Positions 32,905-43,757 of a stretch of DNA of 64,000 nt are shown in pieces (positions within the stretch are counted from its first letter, which is position 1; every line of letters begins with the position of its first letter). The stretch is taken from contig JADKCK010000037.1 of assembly GCA_016718845.1 (NCBI GenBank), positions 1-64,000 of the forward strand. The letters are read 5' to 3'. The notes below the pieces were generated by a model. The model searched no databases. It saw only the letters and a list, made by a program, of their open reading frames with translations, and was not told the origin of the DNA. The translations under genes were made by a program, and so were the position numbers. This DNA is from Sphingobacteriales bacterium (lineage in GTDB: Bacteria > Bacteroidota > Bacteroidia > Chitinophagales > UBA2359).

Positions 32905-33954
32905 ATGCTCCGTTCTATTTCTTTACTGTTTTTATTGTTTCAAACAAGCCTATCTTTTGCCCAATTACTACCACAACCCGACCATGTTGTGATACTAATT
33001 ATGGAAAACCACGACTACAGCCAAATTATTGGCGAGCCTAACTTGCCCTACCTCAACTCGTTGGTACCACAAGGGGCGTTGTTTACCAACTATTATGCCC
33101 TTACGCACCCAAGCCAACCCAATTACATACGCATGTTTTCGGGCGATAGCCAAGGCGTAATAGCCGATTTTGTGCCCTTGTTTGCGCCCTTTGATACGCC
33201 CAACTTAGGTGCCGCTTTATTGCAAAACGGGCGCACTTTCTTTGGTTTCTCCGAAGATTTACCCTCGGTAGGTTTCACAGGTGCCGAGTCGGGTAAATAT
33301 GTGCGCAAACATGCCCCTTGGGTTAACTGGATTGGCGGCGATGCCAATGCCATACCTGCCAACAAACACCGCCCATTCACCGATTTCCCAACCGATTTTA
33401 ACCAACTGCCCACTATTTCTTTCGTTATCCCTAACCTCGACAACGACCTACACGATAACCCCACCGACTATGCCACCTCCGACCTTTGGATACAAAACCA
33501 TTTAGATGCCTATATTCAGTGGGCAAAAACCAACAACAGTTTGTTTATCCTAACCTTTGACGAGGGCGAACTATTGGGCGACAACAAAATAGCTACAATA
33601 ATGGTGGGCGAGCCAGTTAAATTAGGCGAATACAATACCCATTACGACCACTACGACCTGCTCCGCACACTATTAGATATGTACAACCTACCAGCTTGTG
33701 GCGAAAGCAACAGCGCTACCCCCATAACAGGCTGCTGGAAAACCTGTAGCCTTATCCACCCCCAAATTACAGGCGATGCCGATGCCTGCCCAAGTAACAC
33801 AGCCACCTACAATGTGCAAGCAGTAGCAGGTACTACCTACAACTGGACAGTGAACGGCGGAACAATAATATCGGGGCAAGGAACCGCCCAAATACAAGTG
33901 CAATGGAACAACGATACAGCAGGTACTGTTGATGTAGTGCAGAGTGTACCTTAA
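32905..33954 (+). CDS. secreted phosphoesterase-family protein (PLC/AcpA-like) with a C-terminal beta-domain
   Basis: A signal peptide is followed by HVVILIMENHDY and a conserved NYIRMFSGDSQG-type block. The Cys-containing C-terminal ~90 aa do not form a full T9SS CTD. Confidence 0.45.
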   Translation: MLRSISLLFLLFQTSLSFAQLLPQPDHVVILIMENHDYSQIIGEPNLPYLNSLVPQGALFTNYYALTHPSQPNYIRMFSGDSQGVIADFVPLFAPFDTPNLGAALLQNGRTFFGFSEDLPSVGFTGAESGKYVRKHAPWVNWIGGDANAIPANKHRPFTDFPTDFNQLPTISFVIPNLDNDLHDNPTDYATSDLWIQNHLDAYIQWAKTNNSLFILTFDEGELLGDNKIATIMVGEPVKLGEYNTHYDHYDLLRTLLDMYNLPACGESNSATPITGCWKTCSLIHPQITGDADACPSNTATYNVQAVAGTTYNWTVNGGTIISGQGTAQIQVQWNNDTAGTVDVVQSVP

Positions 33955-34191
33955 TTTTCATAAACCCAAACACCCAATCCCCCCGCTTGACCAACCACCA
34001 AGCGGGGGATTTGCATAATCAACAATCATTATTAAACCAAAAGTAGCACAATTACAACAAAAAGTTGTACCTTTGCACGATTTTTTGACACTATTAGTGG
34101 GTAGGTACTGGTGTTTAACACATCAACCAAACCCAATCTCTTCAACTTCTTACAAAATATAACAGCCCGAAGCTAACATAGCTCCCTAAGC

Positions 34192-35993
34192 ATGAAAAAT
34201 ATCCGCAATTTCTGTATTATCGCACACATCGACCACGGAAAATCAACCCTCGCCGACCGTTTGCTCGAACACACACAAACTATTACCGAACGCAAAATGC
34301 AAGACCAATTGCTCGACAATATGGACTTGGAACGCGAACGTGGCATTACCATTAAAAGTCATGCCATACAAATGGACTACCCACACTCCGACGGGCAACG
34401 ATACACCCTTAACCTTATCGACACACCCGGTCACGTCGATTTTTCTTACGAGGTATCCCGCTCTATTGCCGCCTGCGAAGGCGCACTTTTGCTCGTAGAT
34501 GCCACACAAGGCATACAAGCTCAAACCATATCTAACCTTTATCTTGCCATCGACCACGACCTCGAAATTATCCCCATTATCAACAAAATTGATATGGAGG
34601 GAGCCATGATTGAGGAAGTAGCCGACCAAATCATTGAGCTAATTGGCTGTAGCCGAGAAGATATTTTAGAAGCCAGCGGACGTACAGGACAAGGCGTACA
34701 GGGTATCTTCGATGCCATTATCAACCGTATCCACACCCCATAGGCGATGCCGACGCACCCCTACAAGCACTTATCTTTGACTCGGTATTTAATACCTTCA
34801 GAGGTATCATTGCCTACGTGCGCGTAATGAACGGGCGTTTGGCTAAAAAAGATAAAGTACACTTTATAGCCACCAACAAAGATTATTTTGCCGATGAAGT
34901 AGGTATCTTACGCCTCGATATGGAACCCTGCGACAGCCTCGAAGCAGGTAATGTAGGCTACCTAATTACAGGTATCAAACAATCGAAAGACATAAAAGTG
35001 GGCGATACCCTAACCCTAACCAATAATCAATGTACCGAAATGATTAAAGGTTTTGAAGATGTAAAACCAATGGTATTTGCAGGTATCTACCCCATGGACA
35101 ACGACGACTTTGAACCCCTCCGCGACTCGCTCGAAAAATTACAACTCAACGACGCCTCCCTAGTCTTCGAACCCGAAACATCAATAGCTCTTGGCTTTGG
35201 CTTCCGCTGCGGTTTCTTGGGCATGTTACACCTCGAAATAGTACAAGAACGCCTCGAACGAGAGTTTAACATGACCGTTATCACTACCGTTCCAAACGTA
35301 TCGTACTTTGCACAGCTAAAAGGTAAAAGCGCCGAGCGTATCAGCCTACAAAACCCCGCCGATATGCCCGATGTAACCAACATAGAATACATCGAAGAAC
35401 CAATGATTAAAGCACAAATCATCACCAAACCCGAATACATTGGCTCTATCATGTCGTTGTGTTTAGAAAAACGAGGCGTACTACAAAACCAACATTACCT
35501 ATCGCCCAGCCGCGTAGAAATTACCTTCGAGATGCCACTAGCCGAAATAGTATTTGACTTTTACGACAAACTAAAATCCATCTCACGCGGTTATGCCTCG
35601 TTTGATTACCACATGATAGGCTATCAACAATCGGATTTAGTAAAAATGGACATCTTGCTAAACAGCGAAAAAGTAGATGCCTTGTCTGCCCTTGTTCACC
35701 GCTCAAAAGCCAATAGCCTTGGACGTCGCTTGTGCGAAAAACTAAAAGAACTACTGCCACGTCAACAGTTTGTTATTGCCATACAAGCCGCCGTTGGTGC
35801 CAAAATCATAGCCCGCGAAACCATCAGCGCCTTGCGTAAAGATGTTACCGCCAAATGTTATGGTGGTGATATTAGCCGCAAACGCAAACTACTCGAAAAA
35901 CAAAAAGCAGGTAAAAAGAAAATGCGCCAAATTGGTAACGTAGAAGTACCTCAACAAGCATTTATGGCAGTACTAAAACTAAACGACAACTAA
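34192..35993 (+). CDS. lepA: translation elongation factor 4 (LepA), reading frame broken at about 34735-34745
   Basis: [20 protein letters not shown] and DTPGHVDF are in the first ORF. The second ORF continues in another frame ([28 protein letters not shown]...) to the LepA C-terminal domain. The shift occurs in cacacccca. Confidence 0.8.
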
Positions 35994-36046
35994 TTGTAAG
36001 TTGTAAATGGTAAATGGTAAAAGTTTCCCGAAGGTTAACACCCAAC

Positions 36047-36082
36047 AAAAACGCCCTCGAGTATTGCTCGAGGGCGTTTTTG
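36047..36082. terminator. bidirectional rho-independent terminator
   Basis: The hairpin is aaaaacgccctcgag-tattg-ctcgagggcgttttt, with A and T tracts on either side. It lies between lepA (+) and allantoicase (-). Confidence 0.6.
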
Positions 36083-36116
36083 TTAGGGTCAATATCAATA
36101 TTAACAAACTTACCAT

Positions 36117-37139
36117 TTACAACTTACAATTTACGCGCAGCCTACTAACCCCACCATCGGGGAAAATGTTAAGCCTGATGTGCGAAAAAACACCCCTGTT
36201 AACCAACTGCTCTATGTATTCATGCTCGGCATCGGCACTTAATTTTTGTTTTGGTAAGATGATTTGCCACTCAACCGCATCTTGCAAAACAGCTTCATCG
36301 TTGTCGGCTAAACAACCCTCAATGCTGCAAGTATCGGGGTAATTGCCTTTAAAATGGCAAGTATCTACCACAATACGCTGTATGTTGTCGGTGGGTTTTG
36401 CTAATTTTAAAATCACCCAATCGCAATTGTTTGGCGTGCGGTTGCGTTTCGTCTCCCAGCCATCGCCCATGTTAGCCCCTCTATTAGGCATAATTAGGTT
36501 GCCCATGGCACTAAAAAACATGTCGTTGCAAGCCAAAGCTGTACCACCATTTATGGCTGCTGCCAAATCTACTTCGGTGTTAGGTGCTACTTGGCTCCAA
36601 TCTTTAAACACCTTGCCGTATACGCGCAAACGTGCTACACCACCGTCGGGGTAAATGTGCAAACGGATATGGGTAAACAGTTGATTGTTGTGGCATTCGT
36701 AAAAGTTTTGGCTACCTGCATCAAGGTGCGATTTGGGCAGTATCTCTTGCCAATCCAATGCGTCCCAATCGCTTACAGCATTGGGGTTGCTTAGGTTAAT
36801 ACCCTCGATAGAGGCATGTGGCGGATGATTGCCCAAAAAGAAGTTGGTATCAATATCAAAACCAGCAATGCTGCCCAATGTAGCCAATTGCACCACACAC
36901 CAATCGTGACCAGCGGTGCGTTTGCGCCTACTCTCCCAACCATCCATCCATTTGCCTCGGTCGGTGTATTTATCGGTAATAAAAATACCACGTGTAGGCT
37001 TGATAAGGTTTTCTTTCTCGGCAAAAAAGTCGTCGGTGGCATACAACACTTTACCACCTAATTGCTCCGATGCCAAATCGGTTAATTGTGTGAAAGCGGG
37101 GGCTACCTTTATAATTTCTGTTACTTTCGTAAAAGCCAT
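36117..37139 (-). CDS. allantoicase (two tandem allantoicase repeats)
   Basis: Each half carries the allantoicase repeat signature: DLASEQLGGKVLYATDDFFAEKENL...GWESRRKR...DWCVVQL and GTALACNDMFFSAMGNLI...GWETKRNR...DWVILKL. Confidence 0.8.
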   Translation of the reverse strand: MAFTKVTEIIKVAPAFTQLTDLASEQLGGKVLYATDDFFAEKENLIKPTRGIFITDKYTDRGKWMDGWESRRKRTAGHDWCVVQLATLGSIAGFDIDTNFFLGNHPPHASIEGINLSNPNAVSDWDALDWQEILPKSHLDAGSQNFYECHNNQLFTHIRLHIYPDGGVARLRVYGKVFKDWSQVAPNTEVDLAAAINGGTALACNDMFFSAMGNLIMPNRGANMGDGWETKRNRTPNNCDWVILKLAKPTDNIQRIVVDTCHFKGNYPDTCSIEGCLADNDEAVLQDAVEWQIILPKQKLSADAEHEYIEQLVNRGVFSHIRLNIFPDGGVSRLRVNCKL

Positions 37140-38554
37140 TGTCCTGCGTTTTTGTTAATTATTTGATGATGATTGAAAACAAGTACCCCATTTACATACG
37201 TTTGTTGCACTACCCCAAACAAGCGTTGCCCAATATATGGGCTGATGGGATAGCGATGCAAAACATCTTGTGGGGTAGGCACAAAACTTGCTTCGGGCTT
37301 CCAAATGGTAAAATCGGCATCATAACCTACCTTTATGCTGCCTTTTTTTGTGTCTACACCTAAAAATTGTGCAGGCTTTTGGGTGATAAGTGGTATAAAC
37401 TGGGCTAAACTTACGTACTCTTTTAGGCTTGTGTAGCTGGCGGGTAGCAAAAACTGCAAACCGGCTATACCGCCCCATGCCTTTTGTAGGTTGCCGCTTT
37501 CTATCTCTTTGATAGCAGGCGGCGCCGGCGAATGGTCGGACGACACAAAATCCATTAAACCACTACCAAAGGCTTGTTTTATTAAGTTGTTGTTGTGTGC
37601 CTCGCGGATAGGTGGAGCACATTTATATAGCGTATTGCCATCGGGTATGGTTTCGGCACTAAACAGTAGGTAATGCGGGCAGGTTTCTACGGTAAGCGGC
37701 AAACCCTCTTGTTTAGCTTGGGCAATATAGGGCAATGCCTCTGCCGAAGATAAATGTACAATGTGCGTTTTGCAAGCATGCTTCCTACATAGGTCTATCA
37801 TCAACAAAACAGCATCGTTCTCCCATTGTTTAGGGCGGCTTGCCAAATATTGGGCATAACTCAAATCCCCCCCTTGCCCCCCCTTTGGAAAAGGGGGGGA
37901 GGCATTCGCCTCATCATCAGAGGCATTTGCCTCTGTTGATGAATGCTCCCCCCCCAAAGGGGGGGCATTTTCTTGACAATACTCCCCCTTTGGGGGGGCA
38001 AGGGGGGGATTTTCGCAGTGTGCCAACAGTGGTACATTATACGGAGCCAAGATAGCCATAGCCGCGTCCAACTCCTTACGCCCTACATTCGGAAACTCAT
38101 CAATACCCGAATGTACTAAAAACGCCTTGATACCCAATACCCCTGCATCTACCAATGCCGTTAAATGTTGTAGGTTATCGGGCACAAGTCCGCCATAAAA
38201 CCCACAATTAACGTGCATTTTACCGTTCGATGCGGCTAACTTTTGCTCAAAAGCTGCCACCGTAGTAGTTACGGGGCTTGAGTTAAGTGGCATATCTATT
38301 ACCGTAGTGATGCCGCCTGCTGCTGCTGCTTGGGTGGCGGTATCAAAACCTTCCCAGTCGGTGCGTCCGGGTTCGTTGATGTGTGCATGTACATCAATAC
38401 AACCGGGCATAAGCACATCATCACCCACATCTACTACATTAGGGTTGTTTAATTTGCCTTGGTAGATGTGCGTAATGATACCATTATCAAAAGAAATAGT
38501 TGCAGGCTGAAGCTGATTGTCGAGCCAACAACGAGTGCTATATAAGTGGGGCAT
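37121..38554 (-). CDS. allantoinase-like cyclic amidohydrolase (dihydroorotase/hydantoinase superfamily), with an in-frame ~45-aa GC-element insertion
   Basis: The metal-binding motif is CIDVHAHINEPGRTDWEGF. The context (adjacent allantoicase and xanthine dehydrogenase) supports allantoinase. The insertion encodes ...EYCQENAPPLGGEHSSTEANASDDEANASPPFPKGGQGGDLSYAQ.... Confidence 0.7.
   Translation of the reverse strand: MPHLYSTRCWLDNQLQPATISFDNGIITHIYQGKLNNPNVVDVGDDVLMPGCIDVHAHINEPGRTDWEGFDTATQAAAAGGITTVIDMPLNSSPVTTTVAAFEQKLAASNGKMHVNCGFYGGLVPDNLQHLTALVDAGVLGIKAFLVHSGIDEFPNVGRKELDAAMAILAPYNVPLLAHCENPPLAPPKGEYCQENAPPLGGEHSSTEANASDDEANASPPFPKGGQGGDLSYAQYLASRPKQWENDAVLLMIDLCRKHACKTHIVHLSSAEALPYIAQAKQEGLPLTVETCPHYLLFSAETIPDGNTLYKCAPPIREAHNNNLIKQAFGSGLMDFVSSDHSPAPPAIKEIESGNLQKAWGGIAGLQFLLPASYTSLKEYVSLAQFIPLITQKPAQFLGVDTKKGSIKVGYDADFTIWKPEASFVPTPQDVLHRYPISPYIGQRLFGVVQQTYVNGVLVFNHHQIINKNAGQWLLRK
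37866..38010. repeat. cluster of 3-4 GC-rich hairpin mini-elements (C5-7 TTG C5-7 ...G5-7) embedded in-frame in the amidohydrolase gene
   Basis: cccccccttgccccccctttggaaaaggggggg, ctccccccccaaagggggggc and ctccccctttgggggggcaaggggggg are present. Local GC far exceeds the flanking sequence. The same family is seen at 5185, 19406, 42353 and 49143. Confidence 0.5.
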
Positions 38555-38559
38555 GTAAA

Positions 38560-38830
38560 TGGTAAATTGTAAGTTGTAAGGGGTAAATTGTAAGTTGTGA
38601 AAGGGAGGCAGTCGTTGAGCGAAGTCGAAACACGGTCGTTGAGCGAAGTCGAAACGATGATGTTACGATATGTAGAGACATAGCGCTGCTACGTCTATAA
38701 CACGATGATTACACAGATCATAAATCATCATAAAAATCATGACCAATCAGCGTTCTATTTTGCGATGTGGTGGTGTAGATATGGTGATATGTAGATACGT
38801 AGCTCTGCTACGTCTATAACGCGATAATTA
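38560..38830. repeat. composite intergenic repeat region (ggtaaattgtaagttgt x2; gtcgttgagcgaagtcgaaac x2; gtagaNacRtagcNctgctacgtctataacRcgat x2)
   Basis: Direct duplications are visible. These motifs also occur at 10634-10692, and the taaattgtaagttgtaa motif recurs at 35990-36010 and, inverted, at 36100-36125. Confidence 0.5.
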
Positions 38831-41094
38831 CACAAGCGGATTATACAACGCCATTAACACCTTTTCGGGGGTTATGGGGGCATTATAAGGTATGTTTGCT
38901 TGTGGATTAAACACCTTAATAGCATTGCGCACCGCAAAATACGCACCAATACCATACATTAAAGGCGGTTCGCCAACAGCTTTCGATTTGAAGATAGCCA
39001 AGTCGTGACCCTCGGTTTGCAAAAAGTGTAGGTTTATTTGCTCGGGTACAGCATATACGTCGGGTATTTTGTAGGTAGATAAGGCATTAGATAACAAACG
39101 CCCATCGGCATTGTATACCACATCTTCGAGCGTCATCCAGCCAATACCTTGTACAATACCCCCTTCGCACTGCCCAATATCTATTTGCCTATTCATGGTA
39201 CTACCAAAATCGTGTACCACATTTACGGCATCGAAGGTGTAAGTACCGCGCAGGCAATCGAGGGTGACAATGGTTAATGCCGTGCCATATACATGGTAAG
39301 CAAAAGGATGCCCTTTTTCTATCGTTTTATCGAAATGAATAAGGGGCGTTGCATAATGCCCTTTGGCACTTAGGTTTAGTCGTTTCATATAGGCTTGCCT
39401 AACCAAATCTGCCCAAGTAAGTGTTGTTTGTCTATCATCTACCCAAACGGTATTGTTTTTAAGTGCCAATTTAGGTATGTCGGTGGGGGTAAGTTGCAGC
39501 ACATCTGCCGCAAAAGCCAACAAACGTTGTGTTATTTGCAAACAAGCATCTTCGAGGGCTTTGCCGTTTAGGTCGGCGGTGGCACTTGCAGCCGAGGGCG
39601 AGGTGTTGGCTACGCGGGTAGTATTAGTTGTTTCAAGTTTTACCAAACGCGTATCTATCCCAAAATGATGCGCTGCCACTTGTACCATCTTGGTATTTAC
39701 CCCCTGACCCATCTCAACAGCACCCGTACTAATGCCTACGCTACCATCGGTGTATACATGTACAAGGGCGCGGGCTTGGTTCATTAGCGTATTGGTAAAC
39801 GATATGCCAAAGCATATAGGCATCAACGAAAAAGCTTTTTTGTAGTAGCGGTTTTGTTGATTAAAGGTGTTTATTTGTGTTTGTAGCTCATCAAATGGGT
39901 ACTGTTTGTTTAGCTCGTCCCAGCAAGCGGTGGCTTGGCATTGCTCAACTACTTGCCCATACGAAAACTCGTAGCCATTGCCCATCATGTTTTTGCGTTG
40001 TAGGGTGTAGGTGGCTATGCCCAAGCTTTTTGCAGCGTGGTCAAGGGCAGACTCTATTACAAACATACCTTGCGGACCTCCAAAACCCCTAAATGCCGTA
40101 TTAGGTGGCAAGTTGGTTTTGCACGAATGAGCCGTTACCTGTACATTGGGTATGTGGTAGGTGTTGGTGGCATGAAACAAAGTGCGCTCTAATATAGCCG
40201 GCGATAAATCGGCGGCAGCCCCTCCATTTTGGTAAAAGGTGGCTTGATAGGCTAGTATGCGGTGGTTGGCATCAAAGCCAATCTTGTAATCGCTGCTATA
40301 AGGGTTGCGTTTGCCAGTCATGCGCATATCCTCCATGCGGTGCGGCACACATTTGGCAGGCTTTTTAAGCACAAACGCCACCAATGCTGCCATAGCACCC
40401 CAGCCCGATGCTTGGTCTTCTTTGCCACCAAAGCCGCCGCCAAGTCGTGCCACATCTACCTCTACTTGGTTCATGCCCACACCCAAAACCCGCGCTACGG
40501 TACGTTGCACGGCTGTTGGACCCTGTGTTGATGAATGTATGCGCACACTGTTGTGTTCGGTGGGATAGGCATACGCCCCTTGTGTTTCGAGGTACAAATG
40601 CTCTTGCCCACCCGACTCGGTTTGCCCTTCAAAGATGTAAGTACACTGTGCAAATGCCTCGTCAACGTTGCCCATCACAAACTTACGCGACGGACTTAAC
40701 AACTTGCCTTGTGCAAATGCCTCGCGTGGGTCGGTGATAATGGGCAGCGGCTCCATCTGTATTTGTATCAGTTGATAGGCTTCGTGGGCAGCGTCGTCGT
40801 TTTCGGCAACAATTAGCAGTATCGGCTGACCCCTAAAATGCACTTCATGGTCGGCTAACAATGGCTCGTCCGGAAAGATACCGCCTATCTGGTTCTCGCC
40901 GGTATGTCTTTATAGCTTAGTATACGCACAATACCTGCTACTTGTTCGGCTTGGCTATAATCTAGGTGCGTGATGTGTCCGTGTGCCACCGCCGAATCAA
41001 ATACTTTAACGGTTAGTGTGCCTTGCATCACGGGTATATCATCAAGATAAATCGACCTGCCTGTTACGTGAGCGGCTGCGTCTATGTTGGTCAT
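38828..41094 (-). CDS. xanthine dehydrogenase / aldehyde oxidase molybdopterin-binding subunit, reading frame broken at about 40862-40885
   Basis: The N-terminal a/b-hammerhead fragment is MTNIDAAAHVTGRSIYLDDIP (40885..41094). The main ORF (38828..40861) has Mo-cofactor-binding blocks (GGGFGGKE, ...). The two ORFs are collinear with a 24-bp gap. Confidence 0.65.
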
Positions 41095-41200
41095 TTGGTG
41101 AAGGGAGTGAAGGGAGTGAAGGGAGTGAAGGGAGTGAAAAGAGTGAAGTGGCGAAATGGTGAAGTGGCGAAATGGTGAAGGGGTGAAATGGTGAAACCTC
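41095..41200. repeat. tandem heptamer/octamer tract (GTGAAGGGA x5, then GTGAAGTGGCGAAATG x2) immediately upstream of the xdh start
   Basis: The tract is gtgaagggagtgaagggagtgaagggagtgaagggagtgaaaagagtgaagtggcgaaatggtgaagtggcgaaatggtgaaggggtgaaatggtgaaacc. Related tracts occur at 10840-10878, 49030-49065 and 52010-52262. Confidence 0.75.
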
Positions 41201-41226
41201 GCCTAACGCAACATGTTATTACGGTA

Positions 41227-42066
41227 CTACCGCACAATACTAACTTTTCCATACTGCAGAGTTTGGTTTTGAGGGTTGATGATTTGGTAAAAATAAGTAC
41301 CCGCAGGCAAGCCCAACACCGAAACCTGCACCGTGCCGCCGCCCAAACTCGCCTGCTCCACTACCTGCCCCAAGAGGTTGTAGAGTACAAAGGTGGCTGG
41401 TATAGTGCTAGTAATGTGTAGCTGCGTGGTGGCAGGATTGGGGTACACTATACTACTGCCCATGCCCATAGGTTCATTAGGCATAATGCCCACAGCTGTA
41501 CCCCATGTTTCCTCACCCTTTTTGAAGTACTCTAAATGCTCGTGCAGGTAGCTCATCTGGCTACCATTACAATAATTTTCTACATTCAAATAATATCCAC
41601 AACCTTCTACACAAGATTCGGAATAATGCTCTGTCCAATCACAACCATATTCAGGTTCGAACCAACTATAATTATTAGTTTTATTGTTAACCACACGCCC
41701 ATTATAGCCCATCGAATAAGTAATTGGGCCGCCTGTAATTTGCGGATTTCCTAAACCCGTAACAAATTGGTGGGTAGTATCTATTTTGTAGACAACAAGA
41801 TTTGGATAGGGAGAGTAATTCCAATAGGTATTCTGGTAAGTATAAAAAATGGTATCAAAGTTGGCAGAATAATTCTTAGCCAGTACAACAATCGCTTTTT
41901 GATAAGCATCAGAAAAATTGTACGGATAACTTCGATGTTCTGAGTGGTGATAATGAAATTCATCTCCCACATTAAAATCATACACTTCTCCTACTGTTAG
42001 AGCAGTTTGTGCCTTAAGATTGCCGCTTACTAAAAGGAGCAGTAAAAAATAATAATAGCTCTTCAT
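41227..42066 (-). CDS. T9SS C-terminal-domain secreted hypothetical protein
   Basis: A signal peptide MKSYYYFLLLLLVSGNLKAQ is present, and the CTD ends ...LPAGTYFYQIINPQNQTLQYGKVSIVR. Confidence 0.6.
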   Translation of the reverse strand: MKSYYYFLLLLLVSGNLKAQTALTVGEVYDFNVGDEFHYHHSEHRSYPYNFSDAYQKAIVVLAKNYSANFDTIFYTYQNTYWNYSPYPNLVVYKIDTTHQFVTGLGNPQITGGPITYSMGYNGRVVNNKTNNYSWFEPEYGCDWTEHYSESCVEGCGYYLNVENYCNGSQMSYLHEHLEYFKKGEETWGTAVGIMPNEPMGMGSSIVYPNPATTQLHITSTIPATFVLYNLLGQVVEQASLGGGTVQVSVLGLPAGTYFYQIINPQNQTLQYGKVSIVR

Positions 42067-42093
42067 TAATGCTTATTTTTGAGGGTTATTAAA

Positions 42094-43698
42094 TTATTTA
42101 ACAATAGATACTGTACCCGATGCTAAACGGTCGGTACCCGATAATACAGTATAGTAGTACAAGCCTGTTGGTATGGTACGTGTATCCCACAACAACTCGC
42201 CGCTTAGGTTAGTAAATGGTAGTTGTGTAATTTCTTTGCCTGTTGGGTCGGTGATTACCAATAAAATGGCTTCGGTTTTTGAAGGTACGCTGTACGCAAA
42301 CGTAACATAATCGCGGGCAGGGTTGGGGTACACCTTCATATAAACACCTATCACCCCCTCCTTCGGAGGGGGCAGGGGGGAGGCTATACCCACCGGAAAA
42401 CACGTTTCTTGCTCTACGCAGCCGTACTTGTCGGTATGCACCACCCATGCCCAATAACCTGCCGTAGGCGAAGGTGTCCAGTTATCAATAACCTCTCCTA
42501 CCATTACCAAACTGCTGTCGGGTAACATCACCATGTCTTGGAAATAATGTTCGACATGATCGCCAACCTTACTACCCGAATGGAAGTAATCGGATAACCG
42601 ATAATAAAACTGCGTACCTAAACTATCTCCGTTTGCAGAAAATTTAGTAATGACGGCTGCATACCTTAAACTATCTGGGTTTATCCAACGGGCTATTCTA
42701 CCACACACCAAAATACTACCATCTGCTAACTCCACAGACCGCGAAAAATAGGCAGCTCCGATATATGGGTTAGTATACTCCCATGCCAACTCGTGGTTGT
42801 TGTTTAGCTTGCCAATGTATTGGCGCTCGTTAAACGCAATATAGCTGTTGCTGTTGATTATAAATTTTTCTTGACCGCTAAATACAATGCCACCATCTTT
42901 GGTTAAGGTAAGTTTTGGAGCCGTCACAACACGCCCCAAAGCAGGTGACAGGTATTGCCACACAATAGCACCCGTTTCATCTGCCTCAAATATCCAAGTG
43001 CGACCTCTGCAACTGTCATCAGGGGGGTAATAAGCTGGGCATGGGCCGTAAATGGTGGAGCTAACTATAAAATGATTGTTGGGTAATAGTTGTAAATCGG
43101 AGGCTGTTTTGTAGATGCAGAAAGGATCGGGGGAGGGAAAATTAAATTGATCTACTTTATTACCCAAAGCATCAATTTTGATAACCGATACTTTATTACC
43201 ATCACCAACGCCACTAATACCCAAAATTGCTAAAACATAATAGTTGTCTTCGCTGTCCTGTTGTATCTGAGTAACCGTGATAGCATTGCTTATTTCTTGT
43301 CCATAATGACGGTATAATAATGTATCTCCATTAACATCAAAAATTGTTAAAAAAAAACCAGAATCCATTTGATTCCTACCCACTATCGCCAAATTTCCAT
43401 TATTAGTAGCTATTAATGCATCGTTCCACAGTTCTAAATTTCTTAACGTATCTGTGTACACTTTTAATACCTCTATATTCCCTGTAGAGTTTAAGCGTGT
43501 AAAAAAACCTGCATTATGTGGAGTAGGAGTAGGCACAACAGTAACTCCTGTTATATACCAGGCAGTATCGGTGGTTACAATACTCCGAAAAATAGTAGCC
43601 GTATTTGTATCTGTGCGATACAATTCATTAAAATAAGGCTGGGCGGTAAGTTGTAAGCATAAGGCAAAAGTACCAACTATTGCAAATAATGTTTTCAT
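42094..43698 (-). CDS. T9SS-secreted beta-propeller-like repeat protein
   Basis: After a signal peptide the protein has repeated ..GN..IVG......G.F.......GD.LW...YG modules. An ASPLPPPKEG linker is encoded by the GC mini-element at 42353-42386. The CTD is ...GLYYYTVLSGTDRLASGTVSIVK. Confidence 0.6.
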   Translation of the reverse strand: MKTLFAIVGTFALCLQLTAQPYFNELYRTDTNTATIFRSIVTTDTAWYITGVTVVPTPTPHNAGFFTRLNSTGNIEVLKVYTDTLRNLELWNDALIATNNGNLAIVGRNQMDSGFFLTIFDVNGDTLLYRHYGQEISNAITVTQIQQDSEDNYYVLAILGISGVGDGNKVSVIKIDALGNKVDQFNFPSPDPFCIYKTASDLQLLPNNHFIVSSTIYGPCPAYYPPDDSCRGRTWIFEADETGAIVWQYLSPALGRVVTAPKLTLTKDGGIVFSGQEKFIINSNSYIAFNERQYIGKLNNNHELAWEYTNPYIGAAYFSRSVELADGSILVCGRIARWINPDSLRYAAVITKFSANGDSLGTQFYYRLSDYFHSGSKVGDHVEHYFQDMVMLPDSSLVMVGEVIDNWTPSPTAGYWAWVVHTDKYGCVEQETCFPVGIASPLPPPKEGVIGVYMKVYPNPARDYVTFAYSVPSKTEAILLVITDPTGKEITQLPFTNLSGELLWDTRTIPTGLYYYTVLSGTDRLASGTVSIVK

Positions 43699-43757
43699 AG
43701 TGATAATAAAACATAAAAAGGCAAAGGCTAATGTAGCCTTTGCCTTTGGTGATTAAA

